IMG/VR virus record: IMGVR_UViG_3300037067_006220
Coordinates: 1,873 to 65,872 of that record
Origin: a virus
Lineage: Duplodnaviria; Caudoviricetes
Direction: 5' to 3' (one strand)
Length of the DNA: 64,000 bases
Shown one piece after another: positions 28,323 to 37,928 of the stretch. The translations under genes and the position numbers were made by a program. Below the pieces are notes generated by a model. It had not been told where the DNA came from, searched no databases, and was given only the letters and a program-made list of their open reading frames with translations. Every line of letters starts with the position of its first letter. Position 1 is the first letter of the stretch.

Positions 28323-28988
28323 CTACCACCGGAAATTACGGCACAGTGGGATATTGATCGGAATACCGATTCCCGCTGCAACCGGAACGCCTTCAGCAAC
28401 ACCGGCGTAGTTTTTGAGCATGCTGCCGACTTGCGTAAACGACGGATTTCCACCACCGTCAAGCACATCGAACACACCCGGTTCGCCTGCTCCAGCCTCA
28501 GCCAGATACACAGCGCAACCATTTGCGGGTATGCCGGTGAATACGGCTTTCATGCGGACAAACACTTTTCCGGCTTGCTGAATCCACCAGGAATTACCGG
28601 CAGTAAGCGTATTGATGTATACGCCCGCAAACATAGCAACTCCCTGTGCGCCGGATTCGTCCGGGGTGACTTGGAATAGCTTGTTTGCTACAGCAGTATC
28701 CCAAAAACACGCTTTGCCACGTGTGGCAGCGGCAACCGCACCGGATTTGGTGGTGACATACTGATATAACCCACCGTAAAGTGTACCGATGGAAGTATCG
28801 CTAAGTGCAAGGGCATCTTCTTCACCAATGATAATCCTATCACCGGGGCGATCCTGACCACCTTGATTAGCGCCAACATTACTTGGGACGCCTGTAATTT
28901 CGCCGCCGATAACCGACATACCGGCACCGGCATTGAAGTAACGTACCGGCCCTAGTTGCTGAGCCTGTTTAGACCATGAGGAAGGCAT
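28323..28988 (-). CDS. capsid cement/decoration-like protein
   Basis: Directly downstream of MCP; Gly/Ala-rich, WWIQQAG motif. Confidence 0.65.
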   Translation of the reverse strand: MPSSWSKQAQQLGPVRYFNAGAGMSVIGGEITGVPSNVGANQGGQDRPGDRIIIGEEDALALSDTSIGTLYGGLYQYVTTKSGAVAAATRGKACFWDTAVANKLFQVTPDESGAQGVAMFAGVYINTLTAGNSWWIQQAGKVFVRMKAVFTGIPANGCAVYLAEAGAGEPGVFDVLDGGGNPSFTQVGSMLKNYAGVAEGVPVAAGIGIPINIPLCRNFRW

Positions 28989-29055
28989 GATTTAATCTCC
29001 TTTGTTTATCTAAGTTCTTATAAGGCTGAAAAACCTATAAGTACTTTATTTTCAA

Positions 29056-30195
29056 CTAAAAACCCGCACCATAGCCGTGGCAATTATCACGCGGCGAGGG
29101 ACAATAAAAATTGATCCCTGCTTTCAGGAACATGACGATCAAATCAGGATTCGTTTGTGTCCTGATAGGCGGCGTGAAGTTGAAATTATACTCTTCGTCA
29201 GTCGTCGGGCGAATCTTCCATCCAGCAGTACGGAAGAAGAATATGACTTCACCAGGATTGATCGTAACACCAGCCGGTAGATTGCTGATGCTGCTCGGTG
29301 CCGGTGACGACGTAAACGCGGCAGGCTGAATAGCTGTAGTTTGCGATAATCCAGACGGCAGAATTTGACCGTACTTGGTAGACGGACAAAGTTTATCGAC
29401 ATGGATGTAGGAATTCAAAAACTTCAGCCCTACAAGCCCAATGCTGGCGTCTTTTTCTTGTGCAAAGTTCTGCTTGGGTTCCTGGCGTTCGAGCAAGTAG
29501 CTGTACAGCGCCTTATTACACACGCCGATTTCCGGCTCCTGCACGCAATTCAGGTACATTTCGACGATGGATTTATAGCTGATTTGCCCGGTATTTCCAA
29601 GCTGGTCGCCAAACCAAATCGGAATGGAATTCAGCACATTGCCGATAACGCCATTACGAAGCTGCCCGCCATAATACGGGAAGTAATTGCCATCCCATGA
29701 GGATGTAATACCATCATTCATGGCTTCAGCGGCACCGTTGATAAACACCACGCGGTTATCACCAACTCCACTCGGGGCTGCTTGTCCATGACGATAAAAG
29801 TCAATACCTAAATCGGTATTGAGTGCTTGAACGGCATTGGACATATATAGATCGGCAAGTTTGACTCTTGCAGCAGGACCACTGTTTACTACATTGGTTT
29901 GCCACAAGTTCATAGGAACTTGCTCAACATACAGCTTGGGTGTGAATGCGGTAGCTGCAAGGATTTGCTTCTGAATCACCGTTACATCGCTACCGGGGGC
30001 AATAGCGCCACCTGAAACGCGGTTATATTGAAACGGCTCTTGCATAATCGTACCGCCGAGATATTCGTCAAGCGCACCGGAAGCGCGAAGTTTGCGCTGT
30101 AGAGAGCCTTCAACGAAGAATTCGTCGTATACGATATCCTGAGCCATGTCAGCCAAAGTTGAAGCTGAAATCTGATCAAAAGTGGGATCGGCCAT
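29056..30195 (-). CDS. major capsid protein (HK97 fold)
   Basis: 379 aa after scaffold; DEYLGGTIMQEPFQY E-loop-like segment; strong AGGAG SD. Confidence 0.85.
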   Translation of the reverse strand: MADPTFDQISASTLADMAQDIVYDEFFVEGSLQRKLRASGALDEYLGGTIMQEPFQYNRVSGGAIAPGSDVTVIQKQILAATAFTPKLYVEQVPMNLWQTNVVNSGPAARVKLADLYMSNAVQALNTDLGIDFYRHGQAAPSGVGDNRVVFINGAAEAMNDGITSSWDGNYFPYYGGQLRNGVIGNVLNSIPIWFGDQLGNTGQISYKSIVEMYLNCVQEPEIGVCNKALYSYLLERQEPKQNFAQEKDASIGLVGLKFLNSYIHVDKLCPSTKYGQILPSGLSQTTAIQPAAFTSSPAPSSISNLPAGVTINPGEVIFFFRTAGWKIRPTTDEEYNFNFTPPIRTQTNPDLIVMFLKAGINFYCPSPRDNCHGYGAGF

Positions 30196-30273
30196 ATCAA
30201 ATCTCCTATTAATAAAATACCGTTACTTCACATGGCTTCGGAGTCTTTTAACGACCGACCCTTAGCCGCACAG

Positions 30274-31146
30274 CTATTGCACAGATTGCTGCAACACCTT
30301 CGTACTGAACTTACTCACTCGTTCACTTGCACGACCCTCGCCGGACTTTTCCCACGGGCGGTTAGTGTCGGTAAGAGGTTTGCCATCAGCGGAAACTGTA
30401 CGATTTGTAAATGGGTTTCTTGATGGCTGCATGGTAGCCGTCATCGGGTTTCCGCCAAGCGATGCAAGCCGGGTACGTTCTTCAAGCCGGATAGCATCAT
30501 CGTGCTTTTTGGACTCTTCAGCGGCAAGTTCGCTTCTACGGGCGTCTACATTATTGTCCTTTTCCCAGAACTCACGCAGGCTGCCGTTGAACATGCGGCT
30601 ATTGACGGCTTCTTTATACTTTTTGCGTAATGCACCAATACCACCCGGTAGACGTTTGCCGAATAAGTCCTGGTGGTCGGCTACAATGTCTTGGGCCATT
30701 TCGATTGCATCACCTACGCCTTCGTAGGCTTTGCCGAATTGCTCAACGGTGACATACTTGCCGTTTGCATCAGTCGGGCTTGGAGCGGGATTGGGGTTAG
30801 GATTTGGATTAGGATTTGGGTTAAGGTTTTCGTTTGCTGGCGGTTTATACACACCCGCATCCGCTAACGATTGCAGCCTTGCTTCAGCGGCAGCGGCCTT
30901 AGCTTGAGCTTCAGCAGCAGCTTGAACTAATTTATCGGTTTGCGGTACACAAGTTTCATTGTACCATTTAGTGTCGCCGTCGATGATTTGCTGCTTTTTG
31001 GTAACGTCGGCTTGAAGTGTTTCGATTTGGGCTAGTTCGGTTTCAATAGCGGACGCAAAACGAGGGTTAGAAACTAAAGTCTCCATACCCTTGATTTCTT
31101 CGTCGGTATATCCGGCCTTTTTGAGTATATCTATCATTTTAGGCAT
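30274..31146 (-). CDS. capsid scaffolding protein
   Basis: Helical, Ala/Glu-rich, NP repeats, upstream of MCP. Confidence 0.7.
   Translation of the reverse strand: MPKMIDILKKAGYTDEEIKGMETLVSNPRFASAIETELAQIETLQADVTKKQQIIDGDTKWYNETCVPQTDKLVQAAAEAQAKAAAAEARLQSLADAGVYKPPANENLNPNPNPNPNPNPAPSPTDANGKYVTVEQFGKAYEGVGDAIEMAQDIVADHQDLFGKRLPGGIGALRKKYKEAVNSRMFNGSLREFWEKDNNVDARRSELAAEESKKHDDAIRLEERTRLASLGGNPMTATMQPSRNPFTNRTVSADGKPLTDTNRPWEKSGEGRASERVSKFSTKVLQQSVQ
30788..30832. repeat. coding hexamer repeat giving (NP)n
   Basis: NPNPNPNPNP in translation. Confidence 0.85.
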
Positions 31147-31169
31147 ATGTTTATTTTCCCCTTGCACGT

Positions 31170-31454
31170 TTATACAGGCGGGGCTGCTACTGGTGTAGGC
31201 GGCAACGCTTGTACGATTTTAAGCTGAAGCTGAGATACTAATTCGTTGATTTGGTCAATGATCGGTCCAGTAGTAGGAAAGTTGCTTCCTATGTTTCTGG
31301 CACTTCGGCTGATATTGTTGATATCGTTTAGCACGCTGAGTGCTGGTGATTCAGGTTGACCGGGTACGGAGGATGTTGGCGGGGCAGGCATATTGCCGCT
31401 ATTTCCACCAAACTCATTCACTGGTCCCGCACCCGGTAAAGCTGGCATACCCAT
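31170..31454 (-). CDS. small Pro-rich protein
   Basis: Position upstream of scaffold. Confidence 0.6.
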   Translation of the reverse strand: MGMPALPGAGPVNEFGGNSGNMPAPPTSSVPGQPESPALSVLNDINNISRSARNIGSNFPTTGPIIDQINELVSQLQLKIVQALPPTPVAAPPV

Positions 31455-31471
31455 AAGATTGCTGCGCTTTC

Positions 31472-31612
31472 CTACGCTTTCAACGATTTCTTCGGCGCTT
31501 TGGTGGACTTTTTGCCAAACGTGTCGGCTTTGTAATCACCTTTGAGCTTAAGCCCCGGTCCCTTTTGAGTCCCGCCGAGTTTGGTTCCCTGTGTGAATTT
31601 GCTTCCCTTCAT
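31472..31612 (-). CDS. 46-aa Lys/Gly-rich protein, missed by ORF track
   Basis: MKGSKFTQGTKLGG...KKSLKA; GAAAGGA SD. Confidence 0.6.
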   Translation of the reverse strand: MKGSKFTQGTKLGGTQKGPGLKLKGDYKADTFGKKSTKAPKKSLKA

Positions 31613-31654
31613 AAAAGTCGTCCTTTCAAATAATCGGTTTGCCCCAAAACACCC

Positions 31655-31674
31655 TATAAGGTGATCACCTTATA
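31655..31674. promoter_or_regulatory. perfect 20-bp palindrome TATAAGGTGATCACCTTATA
   Basis: Read directly; intergenic upstream of capsid operon. Confidence 0.6.
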
Positions 31675-31684
31675 AACGCCAAAA

Positions 31685-31738
31685 GGCCCGATACAAGCAA
31701 GTAAGTGGATGGGACACTCACAAACTTTGTATCGGGCC
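31685..31738 (-). terminator. hairpin with 12-bp arms GGCCCGATACAA/TTGTATCGGGCC, 30-nt loop, T4 tail on minus strand
   Basis: Read directly; terminator or attenuator role is inferred. Confidence 0.45.
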
Positions 31739-31880
31739 AGTTGGCTGGGCGGCAAGGGGATGCGCCTGTCTTAAAAAATCTCCGTCGCCCTCAAACCTAG
31801 TTCCCTACTACAGTACTACAGTCAGTATGAATAGTGGATTAATACGGTGGGGTTTGTCAAGAAGTATTTAGTAAATATTT

Positions 31881-32102
31881 TTATTTAACTTTTTGGCTAT
31901 CCACACAATTGATAGTTCCTATGCTACCGCAGTTAAAGTCTAATGTAACGCTACCAGTAAACTTACTATCATGTAACTGTTTTAAAAGTATTGCTATCTG
32001 CCCCATAAGCACACGGAATCCGGCATGGGTGGCTACTTGAAAAGTTTGCTGACGTACCATGCGCTGTGTGGTTGATTGCGGGTTATAGCTTACGGATGCC
32101 AT
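31881..32102 (-). CDS. hypothetical protein
   Basis: ATG 32102 just after portal stop. Confidence 0.55.
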   Translation of the reverse strand: MASVSYNPQSTTQRMVRQQTFQVATHAGFRVLMGQIAILLKQLHDSKFTGSVTLDFNCGSIGTINCVDSQKVK

Positions 32103-32106
32103 AATA

Positions 32107-34197
32107 TTATGTACCGGATTCAGATATCGTACTTCTTGTGCCACCATCTTTTTGCAAAAGTTTTGGACTCTGTTGACCACTTGGCGGTCTGCCTTCGCTT
32201 GTAGGCGCACCAGCTAAATTAGCAGCCGCATTGTCAATTGCTGGGGTAGTACCCACACCAGTAGACATTAAACTGTCTACAAGCTGCTTCATGCCGATAG
32301 CATGTTCAGCCACACGCGCTTGTTCGTTCCAATACCGATCCCATACTGTATTGCCATCAGGTTTGTTGCCGAAATTGGACACATTGCAGGATTCAGCGAT
32401 AGTACGGGAGTCAATTTGGATACCAGCTTTACGGAGTTGTATAAGCAATAGCTTATGGGACATTTGCGTAATTTCATGTGCTGAATGTGGTGTTAAGTAA
32501 AAGTGTAAGTTTTCCGCAAACATCCGAGCGCGTTGCAGACGGCTATATATTGAACTGCCGTTTCTGTCTTCATCAGGCATATGTGAAGGCACTAAACTGG
32601 TGGGGTCATAATCAAGCGTGCTGCGTGTGATGCCATCCGCGCCGACGTACTCCATAAGCCGCTTGGTGTCGTAATATTGCATGACATGATACTTGGTTTG
32701 ATGCCCTACACGCGATAACGAATTTTCTACATTGCGGGTTATGTCTTGTACGATCGGTCCATCCGCTTCGACAAGTTTTTCGTAATCGTTTACACCGCCG
32801 CCAAGCGCACGGGCTTTCGCTAAAGCTAATACATCACGTATGGCTTGCTGATAGTCCATAGTTTCTTCAAGGTGGGTGATATATTGTGGTGTCGCAGGAT
32901 CAACACGGCGGTAGGATTCAGGTAATACATCCTGAAATGGGCGTTCAGTAAGTTGCCCGTCGAAACCACACCTTGTACGTGGCTTCATCGGGTCAAATGT
33001 TCTAGCCTCGTTGCGGTTGACCGCGTTTATGTCATAAGCTAACGCTGGATCAAGTGCAGCAGCATGTTTGTCCATGACACCACGTTCAAGTTCATCTATG
33101 GATTTTTGTATTTGCCAGCCACCGTTTACTAACGCAAATCCTATTGCTTCCCATGCCCATGAGTCCAAGCAAAATGGGATGGCTGGAAATTCACCATGCC
33201 AGTCGAACGAAGGGCCATCGTACATGACAACATTTTCAGAAGATATAATCAGCCGCCTATACGGATACATGCGGGCATCATTTTCATCGGCTTTTTTGTA
33301 AATCACACTTCCGTCTTTATGGCGTCCAATCGGGATATCCGAATTTAACGACGGTACTGTATAGCACCATGATGCATCGGCAGGTTGACCCATAGCGATT
33401 GATTTGCCGGTGGTATTTATGGCTAAGTCAATAATGTATGTGTACCGGATCGGTATATACATTTCGCTTAAACTTCTGGCTTCGTTTTGTCCCCATTTGC
33501 CGAACATGCGGCGTATTACATTGCCTTTTGCAGCACGGCGGATTTCCGGTGCATACCAGTACCGCGATGAAGTAGGAGTCAGGCGGTCTTGAAATTTAGG
33601 AAACATCCCGTGAGCCATAGCGATAGGTAATTCGTCCAATATAGTTATCGCGTAGGCTTCTTGCCAGTCATTATTAGATGGTAACTGCACAGGCAATACG
33701 CTGGGTGCGCCGTAAGTAAGAAATGTTAAATCACCTGTGCGCTTGGTGCCGTACATGGATTTTCTAAATACCGGCCTTAGCCAGCCTGTGCATGTAGCCG
33801 CCGACCATTGCATAGCGGACTTTATAGCGGTATCTAATCCACGTTCTAAATATAATGCCTGGGTTACTTTGTTCATCATTTCGCATTCAGCAGTGAATGC
33901 ATTATTGCTTGTATTATAGCCCCAAATCGGACGCACGTTACTTACAGCACCGACGATTTCACGGATGTTGCGTTTTAAGCGGCCAGTAGACATTTGTGAT
34001 CGGTAGCTGGGTGATGGATTCGCGGGGGATTTACCAGCTAGTATGTCAAAAGCGGTTTTCATATCCGCATAGCCGCGTTGCTCTTTTAGCCATGAAGAAC
34101 CTTCTTCAACAGCGGAATTTAGCCAACTTAATTTGGTGTCTTCTTTGGCATCGGCTCTTGGAATCTGCCACTCTTTTAATTTGGTTTCTTGGGCCAT
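32107..34197 (-). CDS. portal protein
   Basis: 696 aa between TerL and scaffold; helical; YRRLII...WHGEFP wing-like motif. Confidence 0.85.
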   Translation of the reverse strand: MAQETKLKEWQIPRADAKEDTKLSWLNSAVEEGSSWLKEQRGYADMKTAFDILAGKSPANPSPSYRSQMSTGRLKRNIREIVGAVSNVRPIWGYNTSNNAFTAECEMMNKVTQALYLERGLDTAIKSAMQWSAATCTGWLRPVFRKSMYGTKRTGDLTFLTYGAPSVLPVQLPSNNDWQEAYAITILDELPIAMAHGMFPKFQDRLTPTSSRYWYAPEIRRAAKGNVIRRMFGKWGQNEARSLSEMYIPIRYTYIIDLAINTTGKSIAMGQPADASWCYTVPSLNSDIPIGRHKDGSVIYKKADENDARMYPYRRLIISSENVVMYDGPSFDWHGEFPAIPFCLDSWAWEAIGFALVNGGWQIQKSIDELERGVMDKHAAALDPALAYDINAVNRNEARTFDPMKPRTRCGFDGQLTERPFQDVLPESYRRVDPATPQYITHLEETMDYQQAIRDVLALAKARALGGGVNDYEKLVEADGPIVQDITRNVENSLSRVGHQTKYHVMQYYDTKRLMEYVGADGITRSTLDYDPTSLVPSHMPDEDRNGSSIYSRLQRARMFAENLHFYLTPHSAHEITQMSHKLLLIQLRKAGIQIDSRTIAESCNVSNFGNKPDGNTVWDRYWNEQARVAEHAIGMKQLVDSLMSTGVGTTPAIDNAAANLAGAPTSEGRPPSGQQSPKLLQKDGGTRSTISESGT

Positions 34198-34211
34198 AAT
34201 ATATTACCCCT

Positions 34212-34766
34212 TTACCCACCCGCGCACGTAAAACACAACTTGCTATCCTTCATGCGTCTAAACTGCCCACACTTCACACAAGTATCATCCTTCATTTCAG
34301 GAACAGATTCAACTGAATCCTTTATATGGTTAAGGTTGTCGTTTTCACGCAAGCTGAAATAGCAATCCCGGTGCAAGTTAAATTCTTTTTGCCATTTGTC
34401 GCGTTTTTCTTCACGCAGCATGAGATAGTTTTTAATAAAGTCTCTTTCCCATGGGTGCGTGCTGCCGGATACCATACGAGACATTAAACGTTGTCTAACA
34501 CTTGAACGAACTTTGATAGCTAATTGTTCATCATGTTCTTGGGCTTGCTGACCGACTTTGTATTCCCAGTCTTGAATTTTGTGCTGGAGTTTGTCGATTT
34601 CACGCAATGTTGTGGCTTCTTTATATTCAAAGCCACGGCGGGCCATTTCGGGTTTTATGTGATATGCGGTTTCGTCAGTTGGCGGAAGTGCGATTTCGCC
34701 AGTGGTATAGTTTTCAAAGTACGTGATGGGTTGCAATGTACCAAGTGTACGATATGTGACTGCCAT
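34212..34766 (-). CDS. hypothetical protein with C-terminal CxxC...CxxC
   Basis: CVKC...CFTC. Confidence 0.7.
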   Translation of the reverse strand: MAVTYRTLGTLQPITYFENYTTGEIALPPTDETAYHIKPEMARRGFEYKEATTLREIDKLQHKIQDWEYKVGQQAQEHDEQLAIKVRSSVRQRLMSRMVSGSTHPWERDFIKNYLMLREEKRDKWQKEFNLHRDCYFSLRENDNLNHIKDSVESVPEMKDDTCVKCGQFRRMKDSKLCFTCAGG

Positions 34767-34770
34767 AAGC

Positions 34771-34923
34771 TTATATCCCCCTGCGTTTAAGTTCCAGCTT
34801 AATTAAATCGAATAGCTCGTTGCGTGAAAACGGGTTTTCGATCCAATCCTGAAGCTGCTTGATTTGCTTGTCGGTTTTGGAAGTTAGCATGTTGACTAAA
34901 ATCATTTTGACATATGCACTCAT
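34771..34923 (-). CDS. 50-aa protein, missed by ORF track
   Basis: MSAYVKMILVN...LKRRGI; AAGGGG SD. Confidence 0.55.
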   Translation of the reverse strand: MSAYVKMILVNMLTSKTDKQIKQLQDWIENPFSRNELFDLIKLELKRRGI

Positions 34924-34954
34924 AATTTTAGCATCCCCTTGTTAAGTATTATTT

Positions 34955-35671
34955 TCACCATACGAACTTTGACACCGTATACACAGCAAGTTTACCATAA
35001 TCTATTATGTGTTTATACCACGGTTTTGGTTTGGTGATTTCGTTTGTGAACTTCGATAAGTCTTCCGTAAGTTTGGATATATTTTTGCTTGTTTCAGCGC
35101 CATTTTCAGCCACTTTTTCAATACTCCTACCCATGCCGACCCATCTATTAAAAAGGCAATCGGAATTATGATCACAATCCAAAAATAATGGTGATGCTTC
35201 ATTTACTTGTGACATGACACTTGCCATTGGAGCCGTTAATGTTGCAATATTTGAATTTAGCGTGGACATATTTGCAGCCAAATCAGCTTCAGTTTTGGTA
35301 AGCTGCATATCAAGCGTGCTATTTGCTTCAAGCAATCGTGCGTTTAAGTCAGCTTGTATGCTTGCAGCACGGCTATCGGCTACCAATATGCTAAAACGCA
35401 AATCAGCACGGGTTTTAGTTAATTCAGACGATAAAGTTTTTCGTGTGGCTGATAATTCATTAGATACTAAATTCCGTGTTTCGGCTAATTGCTGTGTTAT
35501 AATAGTCGCGCTTGTAGTTTGCCACTCACGGGATTGTTCGCGGATTAAAGTATCAAGCTGATTTGGCAGTTTGCCTACAATATCAATGCATACGAATGCC
35601 AAAATAGTCAAAGCCAAGAACCATATTATTTTTGCTACCGCGTAAGCAATATCATATGAGTCTCTTTGCAT
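34955..35671 (-). CDS. N-terminally anchored membrane protein with long coiled coil (i-spanin-like?)
   Basis: TM at about aa 10-32, heptad-rich body. Confidence 0.55.
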   Translation of the reverse strand: MQRDSYDIAYAVAKIIWFLALTILAFVCIDIVGKLPNQLDTLIREQSREWQTTSATIITQQLAETRNLVSNELSATRKTLSSELTKTRADLRFSILVADSRAASIQADLNARLLEANSTLDMQLTKTEADLAANMSTLNSNIATLTAPMASVMSQVNEASPLFLDCDHNSDCLFNRWVGMGRSIEKVAENGAETSKNISKLTEDLSKFTNEITKPKPWYKHIIDYGKLAVYTVSKFVW

Positions 35672-35683
35672 AACTCACCCTTG

Positions 35684-37927
35684 CTAATAGCTAAGTTCCA
35701 GTATTTCTTCCAATGTAGCTTCCCGTATGCCACCTTGATTCGTATTGACTATTTGCCCGTTATACGTATTCAGCATCAATTTCGGCAATGACTCACCCAC
35801 ACGCGATTGCTTCTTGCTTCGGTCGGCTAAAGTATCCATGTCATGCATAATAAATGTACTGATACCTGCTGCAAAAATACAGTCATCGTTGCTTTCGCTG
35901 CTGTGTTCTTCCTTAACTTTAACTTGGCCAGTACTACTTATTGTTTTATGAACTTCAAATTCCCTGCATTCTTCAATCGTCCATGGAGAGTTTAGTATGT
36001 ACCATTGGTTTTGGACGACATATATAAAGTTGCCTACTAAAATTGGTCTACTCCAGCCAGTAGTAAACCAGCCTTGTTTATTAGTAAGCTGCTTTAGTGC
36101 GTTCCGACTATCATAACGGCCAAAATTAAAAAATCTCCCAGCCGGATATCCAAGTCGCTTCATTTCTTTTTGGCATACATCACCAACCGCTGTCAATTGC
36201 TCAATACCTACCAGTGGATAGTTATTGATTTCTTTATTTGGGTTAGTGAAATATAAGCATATTGGCATCACATACGCAAATGCTTCCACGTGGCCGACTG
36301 TATTACTACGCCATTCAGCTACCTGAATATCCGCTATTGGCCCATCACCGCGTTCGGTTACACATATGGCGCTGTAATCGTAACCTTGGCCGGTGCCAGT
36401 ATCCACGCCGACACCATATGCGCGGGAAGCAATATTATTAACTTCAAATGGCTGCCTAAAGCTGGGCTGTTTAAACACAAATAATACATCATTGATATAT
36501 TCTAATTCTTCACGCTTGCCGGAAGGGTTTTCATAAAGCTCGTACTTTAACGGCACTAATTCCCACTTGTATGTATCACCTTGATTGGAAGTATGTACTA
36601 TTGGTATACGGGGTTTTGAAGTATCAATATCGTCTAATTTTGGTTCATGTTTATCTTCTATGCTTTGTCCGGTAATACCATATACGTCGTATTTTTGCAC
36701 GCGGTTTTGGTGGCATACTTCAATGGTTTCCTGGCCGAATACATTGTCATAACTTGCGATCATAGCTTCAACGTCGTCACAAGCGACTTCCTGCTGGAGA
36801 CTTGACATATTGCCGGAACCCAGTGCTTCCGTATACAAACAATGATAAAACCATTGCTGGTCAATTGGCATGATCCAGTCAGTACCAAAATAGTCACCGA
36901 GTAGTGGATCGTTACGGATGAATAATTCGGCTTTGATGATTTGACTTAGTACTTTATCTTTTGGTTTCCACTCGAACGGTACTGGATGTGTGCTGATCCA
37001 CGTGCGGGTAGGGTATATATCGTGGGCGCAGGGCCATGAAAAGAAAATTGGTGTAAGTCTTGATAAACCATCGTTTCGGTGTTCCTTTGCGTATCTATAT
37101 TTGTCCGCAAACCAGCCTGTTTTACCAGAAAATGAGGACTCTATATTTCCAAATACTTTTGGACTTGCATGTGTAGCACGCATAAGCGATGCTTCTATTT
37201 GTTCTTCTGGACGCGGTATGTGGGCAGCCTCTGAAACGTGCCATACTGTACGTGTACCACCACGACCCAAACCAACTCGCTGCTGGCCTTTTTGCTTTGC
37301 GCTTGTAGCTCCATGCTGGATGCTTACACGGGAATTTAAACTTTCAAATTCCAATAATCCAGGCACACTTTCTACACGACGGCTGCTTTTTGGCTTTATC
37401 CACCATTGCAAGTTATCGTAGGCAAATAGGATTTTCTTGCCCATTTCTTCCGACTTGATTCGGTCAGCGGACGCGGTAAGTGCGTTTGTGTCTTTATGAA
37501 AAAATACCCGGTGTCCAATAAGCAGTTCGATAATCGTGGTAACGAATTGCTGACGGCCTTTGCCGATGATAATTTCAATGGCTGCATGTTTGGCTTCAAG
37601 TTCGGATATTACGTGGAAGTAGATTTTTTGTGTATCGCGGAATTTATACCGTACATTAGTGTCATTTTCATCGCTCAAGTGTGCGTAACGGGTTAAGTAG
37701 TATGCAGCATCACATGTGCAAAGTACTTTTTCGTTGACTATGAAACGGTATTCATTTTGCTTTAAGTCACGGCTGAAATATAGCTGGCCGGCAGCGTTAT
37801 ACTTTTCCCACTGCTTTAAGTATTCGGTGAATTTGTCTACTTCGTCAGTGGAGTGATATTCGGGCTTCCAGCCTAATGTTTGGGCTGCTATAGCTAAGCG
37901 TTCATCAACGATACTTTTTGCATACAT
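35684..37927 (-). CDS. terL: terminase large subunit
   Basis: KGRQQ..T ATPase motif, HVSE Walker B, IESS coupling motif, GVDTGTG nuclease, terminal DD. Confidence 0.9.
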   Translation of the reverse strand: MYAKSIVDERLAIAAQTLGWKPEYHSTDEVDKFTEYLKQWEKYNAAGQLYFSRDLKQNEYRFIVNEKVLCTCDAAYYLTRYAHLSDENDTNVRYKFRDTQKIYFHVISELEAKHAAIEIIIGKGRQQFVTTIIELLIGHRVFFHKDTNALTASADRIKSEEMGKKILFAYDNLQWWIKPKSSRRVESVPGLLEFESLNSRVSIQHGATSAKQKGQQRVGLGRGGTRTVWHVSEAAHIPRPEEQIEASLMRATHASPKVFGNIESSFSGKTGWFADKYRYAKEHRNDGLSRLTPIFFSWPCAHDIYPTRTWISTHPVPFEWKPKDKVLSQIIKAELFIRNDPLLGDYFGTDWIMPIDQQWFYHCLYTEALGSGNMSSLQQEVACDDVEAMIASYDNVFGQETIEVCHQNRVQKYDVYGITGQSIEDKHEPKLDDIDTSKPRIPIVHTSNQGDTYKWELVPLKYELYENPSGKREELEYINDVLFVFKQPSFRQPFEVNNIASRAYGVGVDTGTGQGYDYSAICVTERGDGPIADIQVAEWRSNTVGHVEAFAYVMPICLYFTNPNKEINNYPLVGIEQLTAVGDVCQKEMKRLGYPAGRFFNFGRYDSRNALKQLTNKQGWFTTGWSRPILVGNFIYVVQNQWYILNSPWTIEECREFEVHKTISSTGQVKVKEEHSSESNDDCIFAAGISTFIMHDMDTLADRSKKQSRVGESLPKLMLNTYNGQIVNTNQGGIREATLEEILELSY

Positions 37928-37928
37928 T

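Noticed and set aside
31826-31860. Sigma70 promoter for the capsid operon
   Set aside because: TTGACA is present but there is no acceptable -10 at 16-18 nt; mentioned only within the leader finding
35005-35202. Nested ORF in the spanin-like gene as an Rz1-type o-spanin
   Set aside because: Hydrophobic N-terminus but no Cys, so no lipobox
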